Shown: one piece after another, positions 18,762-28,189 of the stretch
Layout: each line of letters opens with the position of its first letter
Position numbering within the stretch: the first letter of the stretch is position 1
DNA from: a virus
Taxonomy: Duplodnaviria > Caudoviricetes
Strand: one strand, 5' to 3'
DNA: 64,000 nt
Virus record (IMG/VR): IMGVR_UViG_3300032030_000037
Coordinates: 1-64,000 of that record
Notes under the pieces: generated by a model
Database searches by the model: none
Seen by the model: the letters and a program-made list of their open reading frames with translations, nothing else
Told to the model about the DNA's origin: nothing
Translations under genes and position numbers: made by a program

Positions 18762-21143
18762 TTACATGTCACTGCTTATATCCATCCCAGTATCAAAGTA
18801 CTGAAGAAGAACATTGACAAATTTCAGAGCTCTAGCGAATCTGACGTTAATGCAGACTTTAATCTTATTCTGACGAGCAAGTACTGGATCATAGTCACAG
18901 AATACTTGGAAAGCCTCTGGTCTGCAATCCGGATCTAAGCTCATAATCTGAGTATTGAGGAAATATTCTTCAACGCTCTTTACTTCAGCACAAAGTCTTT
19001 CTGTAATTTTCTTACCGATGAACTGGGCGAGAAGGATTGGCTGTACCTTAGCAATATGAATACCAAGACGAACGTTTCCTTCGTCATTCATAATAGTATT
19101 TTCTGACTGCTTGGTATAGTTATCATTCATTTGCCAAATCTGAGCGTTGGTATTCCACATCGCAGTATTGATTTTCTTTGAGAGAAGTAGTTGTCTTTGT
19201 CTCTTGTTAAATTCTACTACAGGTCTTTGATATCCAACCTTACCATATGTCTGACCAAAGAGGCTTACATATGGACGATTGTTTCTGTAATTTTGAGAGA
19301 CACCTTCCCAGAATAGAACCGATGGAGATGCCATGAACTTGAATCCTAGAGTTCCAGTGTCAATATCCCAAGGGGCGCTCATATAAAGTTTCCAGGAATC
19401 CTGAGAAATTCTGTTGGCTCCATTTCCGATAGTCATATAGTTTGTGCTATTGACTGTAGAAATTGGATAGAAGTAATTGCCATCCTCGGACATTGCGTAG
19501 TTGGCGAGATAGGATTGGAAACTAGGCTCAGTGTTTCCAAGATCACTAAGACCTTCTACAATATAAACCTCATTTTCCTGAATCTTATCGATAGCTCTCT
19601 TAAGGTCACCATCAGTTATATTGAGAATTCCACAAGTATCGGGGTCAATGGATAGGTCTACATAAATTTGAGACTCTTTCTTTCCATTATCACTCTGCCA
19701 CTGTTCATCTCTGGTACCATTTTCTTCATATCTGTATAATCCGGCCTCAGCACCCTCCGTAACTCTAAAGATAGCTCCGACAGGTACATTATCCTTAGGG
19801 AGATCAGAAATTCCAGAGATAGTATTTACACTAAATCCTGCTGCTTGTTCTTCAGAGATCTTAACCCAGTGATAGTCATCGTTGTCATATCCAAAGTAAT
19901 TCAGTCCTAGGTCATGGAGATCGTCAGGAAGCTCTAAGGAAATCATCTTTAGCATCTCATTGATTTCTGAGACTTCCATATCACCTCTACCGAGAATATT
20001 TCCTACGGTGAAGAATGATACTTCTTCATTTACACTTGGATCAAAAACAGCAATCTCAAAGAAATCACGGTAGAGAATCTTTTCGTCTGGTTCCTTAGTG
20101 CCGTTCTTAGTGAAAGTATCTAAGACCGTCGGAAGAACAGTATATGGAGATTCTCCTTCTCTGTTGAGTTGCTTTTTGTTGGTGTCTGAAATTGACTTAG
20201 CAACAACAGCATCGTGATTAAATCTTCTAATTCTAACTTTAAGTTCTGAACTAGAGTTGTAGATATTTAATGCAAAATACTTAGATTCATCAAAACCGCT
20301 AGCTGCACCAGAGTTAAGATCAATCCAAGCTTCCTGTGGTAGGTTATTCTCTGTCCAGTCAACCTGACATGGAATAATATACTTACAAGCATCCATTGTT
20401 ATTTCTCTCGGTTCGGTTTTTTCGCTCTCAAGAAAACCTGATGCAAGATAGACTTCTTCGAAGACTACACATTTGATCTCGTCTTCTACACTCGACTCTT
20501 CTTGCATCTTAGCATCTTTGTAGAACTTATACTTCGGAGAGAAGAACATTGATGTCTCATTAAGTTGATCTACAAGGTCGACAAGATTGCCTACATAGTA
20601 ATCATACTGTGCACCATCGTCTGTAGTTCTGTTACCGAAGATACCAACATTACTTACTGCAATAGACCAACCGTCAGTATCGTGATCGGCATTGTCTCCT
20701 GGTGCATCAATGACAAATTTAAATCCACCAGAGATTTTCTTTAGGAGATTTCCATCTTTAAGAACATACTCGTCCAGTCCAGAATTGATATCTAGTGGTT
20801 TTGCGTAGTATAAATTATCTGCCTTAGAAGCACGGACGCAAAGCATCTTAGTACTTCCTGCCAGACGATATGCATTAGCCCACATAGTTCCAGCTAGACT
20901 TGAATCGTCTCCCATGTAAAATCTATTAAGTCCTTCAATATATTCTTTAGTCGGTTCACCTGAGGAATAAGTCTCGATAAATTCCTTCTGGCTTGTAATT
21001 AAAGTTGGAGTTGAAGGGCCTGCGTCTGATATAAAAGCTGCCCCAACTATCAAATCTTCACCGACCGTAGGATTAAGGGCCGCTGTTCTAATTCTTTCCT
21101 TGACCTTTACGTATGGTTCAAGGGTTTGTTTCCATTCTGCCAT
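18762..21143 (-). CDS. Tail sheath protein
   Basis: 793 aa; PYVKVKE start, GP..PTLITSQKEF, LCVRA; C-terminal QLLLSKKINT..., NVRL, KIKVCINVRFARALKFV. Confidence 0.8.
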   Translation of the reverse strand: MAEWKQTLEPYVKVKERIRTAALNPTVGEDLIVGAAFISDAGPSTPTLITSQKEFIETYSSGEPTKEYIEGLNRFYMGDDSSLAGTMWANAYRLAGSTKMLCVRASKADNLYYAKPLDINSGLDEYVLKDGNLLKKISGGFKFVIDAPGDNADHDTDGWSIAVSNVGIFGNRTTDDGAQYDYYVGNLVDLVDQLNETSMFFSPKYKFYKDAKMQEESSVEDEIKCVVFEEVYLASGFLESEKTEPREITMDACKYIIPCQVDWTENNLPQEAWIDLNSGAASGFDESKYFALNIYNSSSELKVRIRRFNHDAVVAKSISDTNKKQLNREGESPYTVLPTVLDTFTKNGTKEPDEKILYRDFFEIAVFDPSVNEEVSFFTVGNILGRGDMEVSEINEMLKMISLELPDDLHDLGLNYFGYDNDDYHWVKISEEQAAGFSVNTISGISDLPKDNVPVGAIFRVTEGAEAGLYRYEENGTRDEQWQSDNGKKESQIYVDLSIDPDTCGILNITDGDLKRAIDKIQENEVYIVEGLSDLGNTEPSFQSYLANYAMSEDGNYFYPISTVNSTNYMTIGNGANRISQDSWKLYMSAPWDIDTGTLGFKFMASPSVLFWEGVSQNYRNNRPYVSLFGQTYGKVGYQRPVVEFNKRQRQLLLSKKINTAMWNTNAQIWQMNDNYTKQSENTIMNDEGNVRLGIHIAKVQPILLAQFIGKKITERLCAEVKSVEEYFLNTQIMSLDPDCRPEAFQVFCDYDPVLARQNKIKVCINVRFARALKFVNVLLQYFDTGMDISSDM

Positions 21144-21167
21144 ATTTTATCAAATAATTTTAAACTA

Positions 21168-21797
21168 TTATCCAACCTCAATAAGATAAACTGGATATCC
21201 TGAATGTATAAATCTTTCAGCTATACCAGTTACTAATCCTGCATCGGCTGAAGAATCTGATATAGTGGTTATAATAATGTCATTAAATCTATCGGACTGT
21301 CTTTCTGTAACTGCAGAATAATTTGGCAGGTTCTTGACTAAGTCCTTAGTTAATTCTTTAAGTTTTGGATCTGAGACCTGATTAACCAGTATCCTCAATT
21401 CTCCATCAACTCTAGATATTGAAATACAAATTTTTGTTTTAAGTCTAGACGATTCTTTTGAATCTCTAGTAAAATCACTTCCTTCTTTTAGCCCGGCTGA
21501 TTTTAGTGCATCTACTACTTTATTCATCAGCCTGTTGTTGACTGTAGAGCGAATGTTAGATTTTTTGGAAATACTATCCGCCCCAGAACAGATGGCACCT
21601 ACAAGAGCACCCAATCCTGCTCCGACAAGGACAACACCAGCAGATTCCAATGCAGACAGGTCTAATGCATTTTTCTTCCTGAATAATCGGCTAATTCCAT
21701 TTATTCCTGCCAAGACAGTTCCTGCACTGGCTCCCAGACTGGCTCCAGTTGTAACACTAGAAAGAAGGCCAAAGTCTTTTTGCCTAAATTCTATCAT
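21168..21797 (-). CDS. Leader-bearing glycine-zipper protein (MIEFRQKDFG)
   Basis: Start moved from 21884 to ATG 21797; GASLGASAG and GAGLGALVG segments. Confidence 0.75.
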   Translation of the reverse strand: MIEFRQKDFGLLSSVTTGASLGASAGTVLAGINGISRLFRKKNALDLSALESAGVVLVGAGLGALVGAICSGADSISKKSNIRSTVNNRLMNKVVDALKSAGLKEGSDFTRDSKESSRLKTKICISISRVDGELRILVNQVSDPKLKELTKDLVKNLPNYSAVTERQSDRFNDIIITTISDSSADAGLVTGIAERFIHSGYPVYLIEVG

Positions 21798-21798
21798 T

Positions 21799-22170
21799 TT
21801 ATTTCTTTTTATAAAATATCGCCTGTTTTGCTTTTTCAGTAATATAGGGGTGCTGGTCATCTGGATCAGCTTTTTTATAGGCACGCCTAATATTTCTTGC
21901 GTGTTTTTTTGCTTCTCTAGTTTCTAATCCCTCTATTTTTTTCAAAGCTTCTGCCAATTCTTTAGTAGCCTTAATCTGTTCTTCTCTAAGTTCTTGATCA
22001 GCTTCTTTTCTTTTTTTATTAACGCTATAGTTGGCGATTCCGTATCCAGCACCAGTACCTGAAATAGCAAGCATTGCAGGGTTGGTTGTTTTTGCCTGTT
22101 CTAATGCCCACTCTCCAACCTTTCTTAGACGAAATTTTTTATCAAAAGATTTCTGTCTAAATTTTATCAT
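21799..22170 (-). CDS. Leader-bearing protein, hydrophobic segment plus coiled coil (MIKFRQKSFD)
   Basis: ORF track. Confidence 0.75.
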   Translation of the reverse strand: MIKFRQKSFDKKFRLRKVGEWALEQAKTTNPAMLAISGTGAGYGIANYSVNKKRKEADQELREEQIKATKELAEALKKIEGLETREAKKHARNIRRAYKKADPDDQHPYITEKAKQAIFYKKK

Positions 22171-22174
22171 ATTT

Positions 22175-22660
22175 TTAGTATGAATATCCGTCTCTTTGTG
22201 TCATGTTAGCCTTCCAGTCTGCCTTTTCTCTTCTCATTGCCTGGCGCTGCGCATATTCAAGACGGCGATTATAAAATTGGTTCTCTTTCTTTTCTTTTCC
22301 GCGTTTATATAGTGCTGTAGCTGTTCCTATCGCTGCACCAGCTATCAGGCCGGTACGGCCGCCTTTTCCAAACTTACGCAAAGCATTAGAAGCATTTGCT
22401 CCAGCTCTTGATAACGCTTTTCTAACACCCTTTCCAGCAGGACCCGAAGGAACTATTCTTCCAGGCTTCGCCGCTGATATGGCACCAAGTGCAATGCCAC
22501 CTAGTGCCGCACCTTTTGCAGCGCTAAGCGCTACTGCATTTGCATCAGTCGTGGGCTTCTTTAACTTCTCAGCAAGAATATCTGAGTCTTTTGCTTTTTT
22601 TAAATTATCTGTATCATCATACTTAGTGAACAGCTTTCTTTTTAATCTATATATTCCCAT
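22175..22660 (-). CDS. Leader-bearing glycine-zipper protein (MGIYRLKRKLFT)
   Basis: GAALGGIALG and GLIAGAAIG segments. Confidence 0.75.
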   Translation of the reverse strand: MGIYRLKRKLFTKYDDTDNLKKAKDSDILAEKLKKPTTDANAVALSAAKGAALGGIALGAISAAKPGRIVPSGPAGKGVRKALSRAGANASNALRKFGKGGRTGLIAGAAIGTATALYKRGKEKKENQFYNRRLEYAQRQAMRREKADWKANMTQRDGYSY

Positions 22661-22665
22661 AATTA

Positions 22666-24279
22666 TTAATCATTAAGTACTGGTTGTTCTTTAGATTTCT
22701 CATATGCATAAGCATTTTTATCTACAGCCCCAACGACTTTTTTAGTTGCAGCATCTCCCCACTCATAAGGCTTAAATGCAACAAGTCCTAGGCCAATAGT
22801 TCCAGCTGCAGCAGTTCTTTTGTGACGTTTTAAGAAATTAGCAAAATCTTGGGTCTCTTTTGAATAAATAGTTCCAGAGTTTTTATTAGTATTCGTCATT
22901 TTATTTAAAAAACTTGTAGTTCGTTTTTTATTAATTCCAAAAATACTGCTAATACCTTCTAATACTCCTTGTCCAATTTTTCTTGATGCTTTTCCAGTTT
23001 GAATTTTTCTTAACCTTTCTTTGGCTATATTATTTGCATCTAATTTCCCGATAGATGTTGTGGCTTTTCTTCCACGGGCAGCAATTTTTTGAAGTTCTTC
23101 TGGGGATCTTCCAAGTAAGTCTTTGCCTTTAAATTTTAGACGTATATTATGTCTATCAAAAAATCCTCCTCCGTTAGCTGCTTTAGTTCCAGCTTTTATT
23201 TGTTTATTAAGAGCCCTCTGTCTATCGCTAACCACAGCCTTTCCGTATTGCTCAGATCCCGACTTCATCATCCAATCACCTAGTTTTTTAGTACTAGTTT
23301 TTCCTGCCAGCTTATTACCGTAGGTCATGTACATATCATTTATGCCCTTACGTAATCCAGTAGGTCCGGCTCTTCTTAGTGTTGCAATAGTTCCAACAGT
23401 AGCAAGGGTTCCTATTGCTGCTTTTTTAAGGCCAGACCATCGCGATCGCTGTTCTTCAGTGTATTGTTTTTGTTGTGCCACTTGATCTTTGAGCTGTCTT
23501 CTTTCTGCTAGATATGGTAACGCAAATAGTCCAGCAAAACCAGCTCCAGCCAAAACAGAACCACCAGTCATTCCTTTTTTAAAATTATGTTTTGCAGAGT
23601 CTACTATTGGCCTTAGATTCATTTTAGCAGTACCAGCACTATTAAGTCCCTTAGAAAGATTTTGTACTTTACTTCCAAGCGCACCTTTTCTTGCTGCTAA
23701 AATAGTTCCGGCAGTAACTACTGCTCCTGTTGCTAATTTTCTAAGCTTCTTTTTCTTTTCAGCAGATAGTTCTTCTGGAGATTTTTGAGCAGAGGGAAGA
23801 GGTGCACCGCCTGTTATTTTCTTTCTATCAGCCTGGATTGCTTTATCCAAAGCATAACTTCCTATCGCCAGGGTTGTACCCATAGCAAGTCCATTTCCAA
23901 TAGTTTTTCCAATTCTCTTTTTCCCAATGCCCTGAGCAAATTCATATGCAACTGTGCCTCCTTTGTTGAGAAGGTTCTTTCCTTTACCTAGAAGTTTGCT
24001 TCCGTTTTTAAGAATTCCGGAAATAGCTGCATATTCTTTTTGTCCGAACATGGACTGAACAGCCTGTACTTTTGATGGATCTTTTTCAGCAGCTTTTGCT
24101 ATTCTATTCATAGCTTCATTTTGTTTTTCTTGAAGCTTAGCGTTCTGTCTTTGAAATTCTTCCTGTTGTTCGGCGTTTTTCTTATTTTGGTTATGTCCTT
24201 GAATCAATCCAGGAGCTACCATTGCAGCAGTCGACGCCAAAAAACTAACAACAAATTCTTTTTGTCTAAACTGTATCAT
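22666..24279 (-). CDS. Large cationic multi-module protein (MIQFRQKEFV; internal QKEYA, QKQYT)
   Basis: Several hydrophobic Gly/Ala helices separated by basic stretches; modules match neighbouring small genes. Confidence 0.75.
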   Translation of the reverse strand: MIQFRQKEFVVSFLASTAAMVAPGLIQGHNQNKKNAEQQEEFQRQNAKLQEKQNEAMNRIAKAAEKDPSKVQAVQSMFGQKEYAAISGILKNGSKLLGKGKNLLNKGGTVAYEFAQGIGKKRIGKTIGNGLAMGTTLAIGSYALDKAIQADRKKITGGAPLPSAQKSPEELSAEKKKKLRKLATGAVVTAGTILAARKGALGSKVQNLSKGLNSAGTAKMNLRPIVDSAKHNFKKGMTGGSVLAGAGFAGLFALPYLAERRQLKDQVAQQKQYTEEQRSRWSGLKKAAIGTLATVGTIATLRRAGPTGLRKGINDMYMTYGNKLAGKTSTKKLGDWMMKSGSEQYGKAVVSDRQRALNKQIKAGTKAANGGGFFDRHNIRLKFKGKDLLGRSPEELQKIAARGRKATTSIGKLDANNIAKERLRKIQTGKASRKIGQGVLEGISSIFGINKKRTTSFLNKMTNTNKNSGTIYSKETQDFANFLKRHKRTAAAGTIGLGLVAFKPYEWGDAATKKVVGAVDKNAYAYEKSKEQPVLND

Positions 24280-24542
24280 GAGTTAGCTATATTATTTAAT
24301 TGATTCAACTTATCTCGTTGGGCTTGGAGAGCTTGATTATTTTGTTCAGCTGTTTCAGCTCTTTGCTTTTTTCCTTGGACAGCAGTAACGCCCATAGATC
24401 CAAGACCAAACACTCCCCAGCCTTTACTTCCGCCTCCAGCAAGCTCAAGTGTTTTTCCACCAAGAGTTTTAGAAGTAAATTCAAAGCCACCACCAGGTAA
24501 AGTATTTCCAAAATACTTTCTTTTTAATATATATGTGGCCAT
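24276..24542 (-). CDS. Leader-bearing small protein (MATYILKRKYFG)
   Basis: Start moved from 24638 to ATG 24542. Confidence 0.75.
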   Translation of the reverse strand: MATYILKRKYFGNTLPGGGFEFTSKTLGGKTLELAGGGSKGWGVFGLGSMGVTAVQGKKQRAETAEQNNQALQAQRDKLNQLNNIANS

Positions 24543-24555
24543 AATCAAGTTTTCT

Positions 24556-24843
24556 TTACATTTGCATATCTTGCCCAGCATTCTTGACACTCTTTCCAAC
24601 GCTTCTAACAATTTTTCCACCTGCCATAAATCCGGCAATAGTTCCTAGTGGACCAAAAGCACTACCAGCTACAGCGCCTCCAATTCTACCTGCAAGGCCT
24701 CCTACACTAGTATCCAGGGTTTTACCAGTTCCCTCCAGAACACCACCAACGCCAGATTTAATAGCACCGCCAACCGTTCCCAATGTATTAGATGCGGCAT
24801 CAGCTAGTCCAAAATATTTTCTTTTTAATCTGTATGTAGCCAT
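24556..24843 (-). CDS. Leader-bearing glycine-zipper protein (MATYRLKRKYFG)
   Basis: GGLAGRIGGAVAGSAFGPLGTIAGFMAGG glycine zipper. Confidence 0.8.
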   Translation of the reverse strand: MATYRLKRKYFGLADAASNTLGTVGGAIKSGVGGVLEGTGKTLDTSVGGLAGRIGGAVAGSAFGPLGTIAGFMAGGKIVRSVGKSVKNAGQDMQM

Positions 24844-25112
24844 TTTCCTGTTCTTCCATTATTTAATTCTTTCCTATTCTTCTGTATCTCTGTATTTATA
24901 TCCTCAGTCTCTTTTAGTTCTTTTTGTGCTTTTTTCTTAGCTTCTTTGAGTTCTGAGGAAAAATTCAGCTTACCTATATCTTTACTTAATTCTCTTTGAG
25001 TACTAGATCTCCCTAGTCTATCAAAGTCGGTATCATATTTTCTTCCTTTAACAAACCCTGTCGAAGAATTTGTATCAAGAACTTTAGTTGCTGAGAATCT
25101 TTTTATTATCAT
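24825..25112 (-). CDS. Leader-bearing small coiled-coil protein (MIIKRFS)
   Basis: ORF track. Confidence 0.7.
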   Translation of the reverse strand: MIIKRFSATKVLDTNSSTGFVKGRKYDTDFDRLGRSSTQRELSKDIGKLNFSSELKEAKKKAQKELKETEDINTEIQKNRKELNNGRTGKWLHTD

Positions 25113-25714
25113 AGATCTAGAAGATAAACTTTATAATTAAGTCCGAAAGGAAGAATGTTAAGAGCATTAATTGCGTCTTGAACTGTATCAAATTCAAGAA
25201 CAATTGATCTGCTCTTTTTATCATAATCAATTGTATCTCCTCTTGGTACTGTGGTTTCGTATTGAATCTCTCCGGAGAGAGGGAATAATTCAGTGGACAC
25301 CGTTGGCTTTGGACCACCTCCATTATTTTTCTTCTTATCAAACTCTTTTTGTTTAAATGTTGTTGGTCCTTCTATTTCTGAATTATTTTTTTGTTTATTA
25401 AAGATACTTCCACTTATTTTTAGAGAAGACCCCCAAAGCTTATTATTTTTAGTATATCCAGGAAGTCGGACGGCATCTGGCATTTTAGCTTTAGCGCCAA
25501 TTTTAAGATACATTCTATATCTGTCTTTATGAAAGGCTCTTGTAGATATTACAAACCTTTCAATAACTATATTATTTCCTTTGAGTATTGGAATGAGAGA
25601 GTTTGAATCTATAATCTGTATTCTTCTTTTCCATGCATCGTTTTTCTGAAGCTCTGTCCAAAGATATCTCATAGCATCATACTCAGAAAATTCTTTTTGT
25701 CTAAATTCTATCAT
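25109..25714 (-). CDS. Leader-bearing protein (MIEFRQKEFS; internal FKQKEFD)
   Basis: ORF track. Confidence 0.75.
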   Translation of the reverse strand: MIEFRQKEFSEYDAMRYLWTELQKNDAWKRRIQIIDSNSLIPILKGNNIVIERFVISTRAFHKDRYRMYLKIGAKAKMPDAVRLPGYTKNNKLWGSSLKISGSIFNKQKNNSEIEGPTTFKQKEFDKKKNNGGGPKPTVSTELFPLSGEIQYETTVPRGDTIDYDKKSRSIVLEFDTVQDAINALNILPFGLNYKVYLLDL

Positions 25715-26085
25715 GATTTAACAACTGATAAATTTTTTTCCCATGCAAGTGCTTCTATAACATTAAGTACTTTTCCGAGATAATCATCTTCGGCAGTATA
25801 TGTTCTAGATTTTTCATCTGCGCCTGTAACTCTCATTCCGCATTTTTCCTCTAGCACTTTTCTAGTATATCTGTAAAACTCCTTATCCCTAATTTGTATC
25901 TCATAGTAGCCGGAAGTATTTTTCTTAAAAGATACTAGGACCAAAGACTTTGAATTAACTCTGGAAGCTTCATCTGCTTTGTCAGGAGTTATTATATTGA
26001 ATGGTGCGCCTTCTTTCTTGAGATATTTTATTGCTTCCGGCATCATATCTTGCTCAAGAAATTTTCTCTGTCTAAATTCTATCAT
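25711..26085 (-). CDS. Leader-bearing protein (MIEFRQRKFL)
   Basis: ORF track; N-terminal part resembles 25109..25714. Confidence 0.75.
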   Translation of the reverse strand: MIEFRQRKFLEQDMMPEAIKYLKKEGAPFNIITPDKADEASRVNSKSLVLVSFKKNTSGYYEIQIRDKEFYRYTRKVLEEKCGMRVTGADEKSRTYTAEDDYLGKVLNVIEALAWEKNLSVVKS

Positions 26086-27192
26086 TTAACATCTATTTAA
26101 TTTTTCACCGGTATCTGAAGCTACCAGAATAGTATTTATCTCTTCTACAAAATTATATCTGTCGTCTAGTACCTCGTAGAAAAATAGTTCAGCACTAAAT
26201 TGACATTGATTTGAGAAGTTTGAATTATCGTCGGACTGATACATGTGATTAAAGTCCTCCGTAATTTGTCCCCACTTAACCCCACAACTCCATCTTTGTC
26301 CATATCTGTCAGAAGTTTTAAATTCACAGAGGTTAGTGAGAAGATTTACATTATTGTATTTATTTTTAAAATCAAAGAACATCGGCGTATCTGGGGTTCG
26401 AAGAGTGAATTGAATTGGAACTCGATGCTGCATAACTCTATCCCAGTCATCTCCATAGTTTGGGTGATGATTTCGGACAGGGGTTTGGTCGAATCGATAG
26501 GATATATAAGAGGTTTTTGCTAATGTTTCCTCTCTATTCCACCGGACGAGTTCAATTCCATAATCGGACAGGATACGTCTGAGTTCCAGAATAAATTGAT
26601 CTTGATAGTCTATGGATCTTATAACATAGTCGTCATATCTTCGGCGGAGAGAATAGACGGTCGTAGAATCCGAAGTAAGAGTCAGATCTGAATCCTTGAA
26701 AAGAAGTTTTGGAAAGTTTCTGATTTTATAACACTTCGGCTTATTTCCGACCGGTCGTAGAAATTTTAATCCGCCGGACCAAAACAAGAAATCTATAAAT
26801 TCTTGATTATCTATATCTTCTTCTGAAACAACTATTGTAGTAGAATTATAATCTTGTACTACCCTAGACTCACTGTCAGATACGATAATCATATGAAAGA
26901 TGTGCGGGTCTGCAGTCATTTTTTGAAACTTCAGCCCGTTTAAAGTTACATAGGTTGTAGTAAATTTTTTAAGTCCTGTTAAAGCCTCTAGAACTTCGTC
27001 TGGATTTCCGTAGAATTTAATTCCTAATTCATCTACTAAAAGGCCTAGTGGAGTTCCTGGGACAAAAGTTAGAGTTAGTGTAGAAGTAGCTGTATCCTCA
27101 ACCAGTGAATTTACTTTTCCTTCTTTTATATTAAAAAACTTACAACCTTTCTTAGAAACTAAGTCTAGGCCTTTATAGATGATTTCAGACAT
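26086..27192 (-). CDS. Structural protein, possible tail-completion/terminator domain at C-terminus
   Basis: 368 aa; no leader; C-terminal alpha/beta pattern; position only. Confidence 0.35.
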   Translation of the reverse strand: MSEIIYKGLDLVSKKGCKFFNIKEGKVNSLVEDTATSTLTLTFVPGTPLGLLVDELGIKFYGNPDEVLEALTGLKKFTTTYVTLNGLKFQKMTADPHIFHMIIVSDSESRVVQDYNSTTIVVSEEDIDNQEFIDFLFWSGGLKFLRPVGNKPKCYKIRNFPKLLFKDSDLTLTSDSTTVYSLRRRYDDYVIRSIDYQDQFILELRRILSDYGIELVRWNREETLAKTSYISYRFDQTPVRNHHPNYGDDWDRVMQHRVPIQFTLRTPDTPMFFDFKNKYNNVNLLTNLCEFKTSDRYGQRWSCGVKWGQITEDFNHMYQSDDNSNFSNQCQFSAELFFYEVLDDRYNFVEEINTILVASDTGEKLNRC

Positions 27193-27195
27193 TTT

Positions 27196-27597
27196 TTATG
27201 GTTTTGGTGCGAGGAGTTTACTGGTTGCCTCTCTTGCCTCTTGTCCAGCCAGTCTCTTTATTTCTTTAGTAGATCCACTGCCTGCTAGAATCCCTTGTGC
27301 ATTGTTGTATACAACTCTTCCATGAGTTTTAAGAGCGTTCTTTTCCATGTTTGTTCCAACTTTTTGAAGACCTTCGAAACCAGATTTTTGCAATTTTTGT
27401 CCGGCTTGTCCCCAAATTCTATTAGTAGCTCTGGAAGCTCCAACACCAAATGCACCTCTTCTAGCTGCACCATATGCTAGCGCCGCCGTGCCAATTCCAG
27501 CTGCAATTTTAGCACCAGTAGACATACCTTTCTTCTTTTCCCCTGATTGATTAGGGTCTGCAAAGGTTTTTCTCTTTAATGTATATGTAGTTGCCAT
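27196..27597 (-). CDS. Leader-bearing cationic amphipathic protein (MATTYTLKRKTFA)
   Basis: ORF track; homologous to an internal module of 22666..24279. Confidence 0.8.
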   Translation of the reverse strand: MATTYTLKRKTFADPNQSGEKKKGMSTGAKIAAGIGTAALAYGAARRGAFGVGASRATNRIWGQAGQKLQKSGFEGLQKVGTNMEKNALKTHGRVVYNNAQGILAGSGSTKEIKRLAGQEAREATSKLLAPKP

Positions 27598-27617
27598 ATT
27601 AGAATTTATTTATACTA

Positions 27618-27920
27618 TTAACCATCGGATGCTCCTAATGCTAGTCCACCAGCGATGGCGGTACCACCAACAACAGCGCCAACTTTGCCAATGCCTTTTG
27701 CTGCTTCTCCTACTCTTTGACCTGTAGATAATTTAGCTACAGCCTCTTTACCTTTTTCATTGACCATGGTTTGTGTACCATTCCACATGTTTTTGAAATT
27801 ACCAAAAAGCCCATTTCCAGCCTTTTGAAATCCCTTATTTTGTAGTTGTTGTACAGTTTTTGTGGCGGCAGCAGGCAAGGCGGCAAAAGTTTTTCTTTTT
27901 AGCCTATATGTAGTTGCCAT
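27618..27920 (-). CDS. Leader-bearing amphipathic/glycine-zipper protein (MATTYRLKRKTFA)
   Basis: ORF track; C-terminal GIGKVGAVVGGTAIAGGLALG. Confidence 0.8.
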   Translation of the reverse strand: MATTYRLKRKTFAALPAAATKTVQQLQNKGFQKAGNGLFGNFKNMWNGTQTMVNEKGKEAVAKLSTGQRVGEAAKGIGKVGAVVGGTAIAGGLALGASDG

Positions 27921-28095
27921 ATTAATTTTTATTATTGCTTAATAGTCTAATTTGCTCAATTGTTTTTCAAATTTTGAGCTCATTAGAACTAACTATCATA
28001 ATAAGTTTGTGATTTTTTAGTTCTGGGCACTATTCTAAAATTTCTGAATAGGTTTCCAGTTAATTTAAAATACTATATTATAATATAGTTTTATA

Positions 28096-28147
28096 AAAGA
28101 AGAGAGAACCTACCCACAGGATAAATTCATATGGATAGATTCTCTCT
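28096..28147 (-). terminator. Terminator after major capsid gene
   Basis: Minus strand agagagaatctatcca...tgggtaggttctctct followed by tctttt; G-U pairs favour the minus strand. Confidence 0.7.
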
Positions 28148-28189
28148 TTGAGATTTTATTAATTAATCTAAGATACTTTAGATCTAAGA

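Noticed and set aside
7573-27920. Leader as type IV prepilin, Sec/Tat or double-glycine bacteriocin signal
   Set aside because: No Gly before the Phe and no Glu+5 hydrophobic helix; no consistent h-region; no GG site, transporter or modification enzymes. The same motif recurs inside scaffold, MCP and protease.
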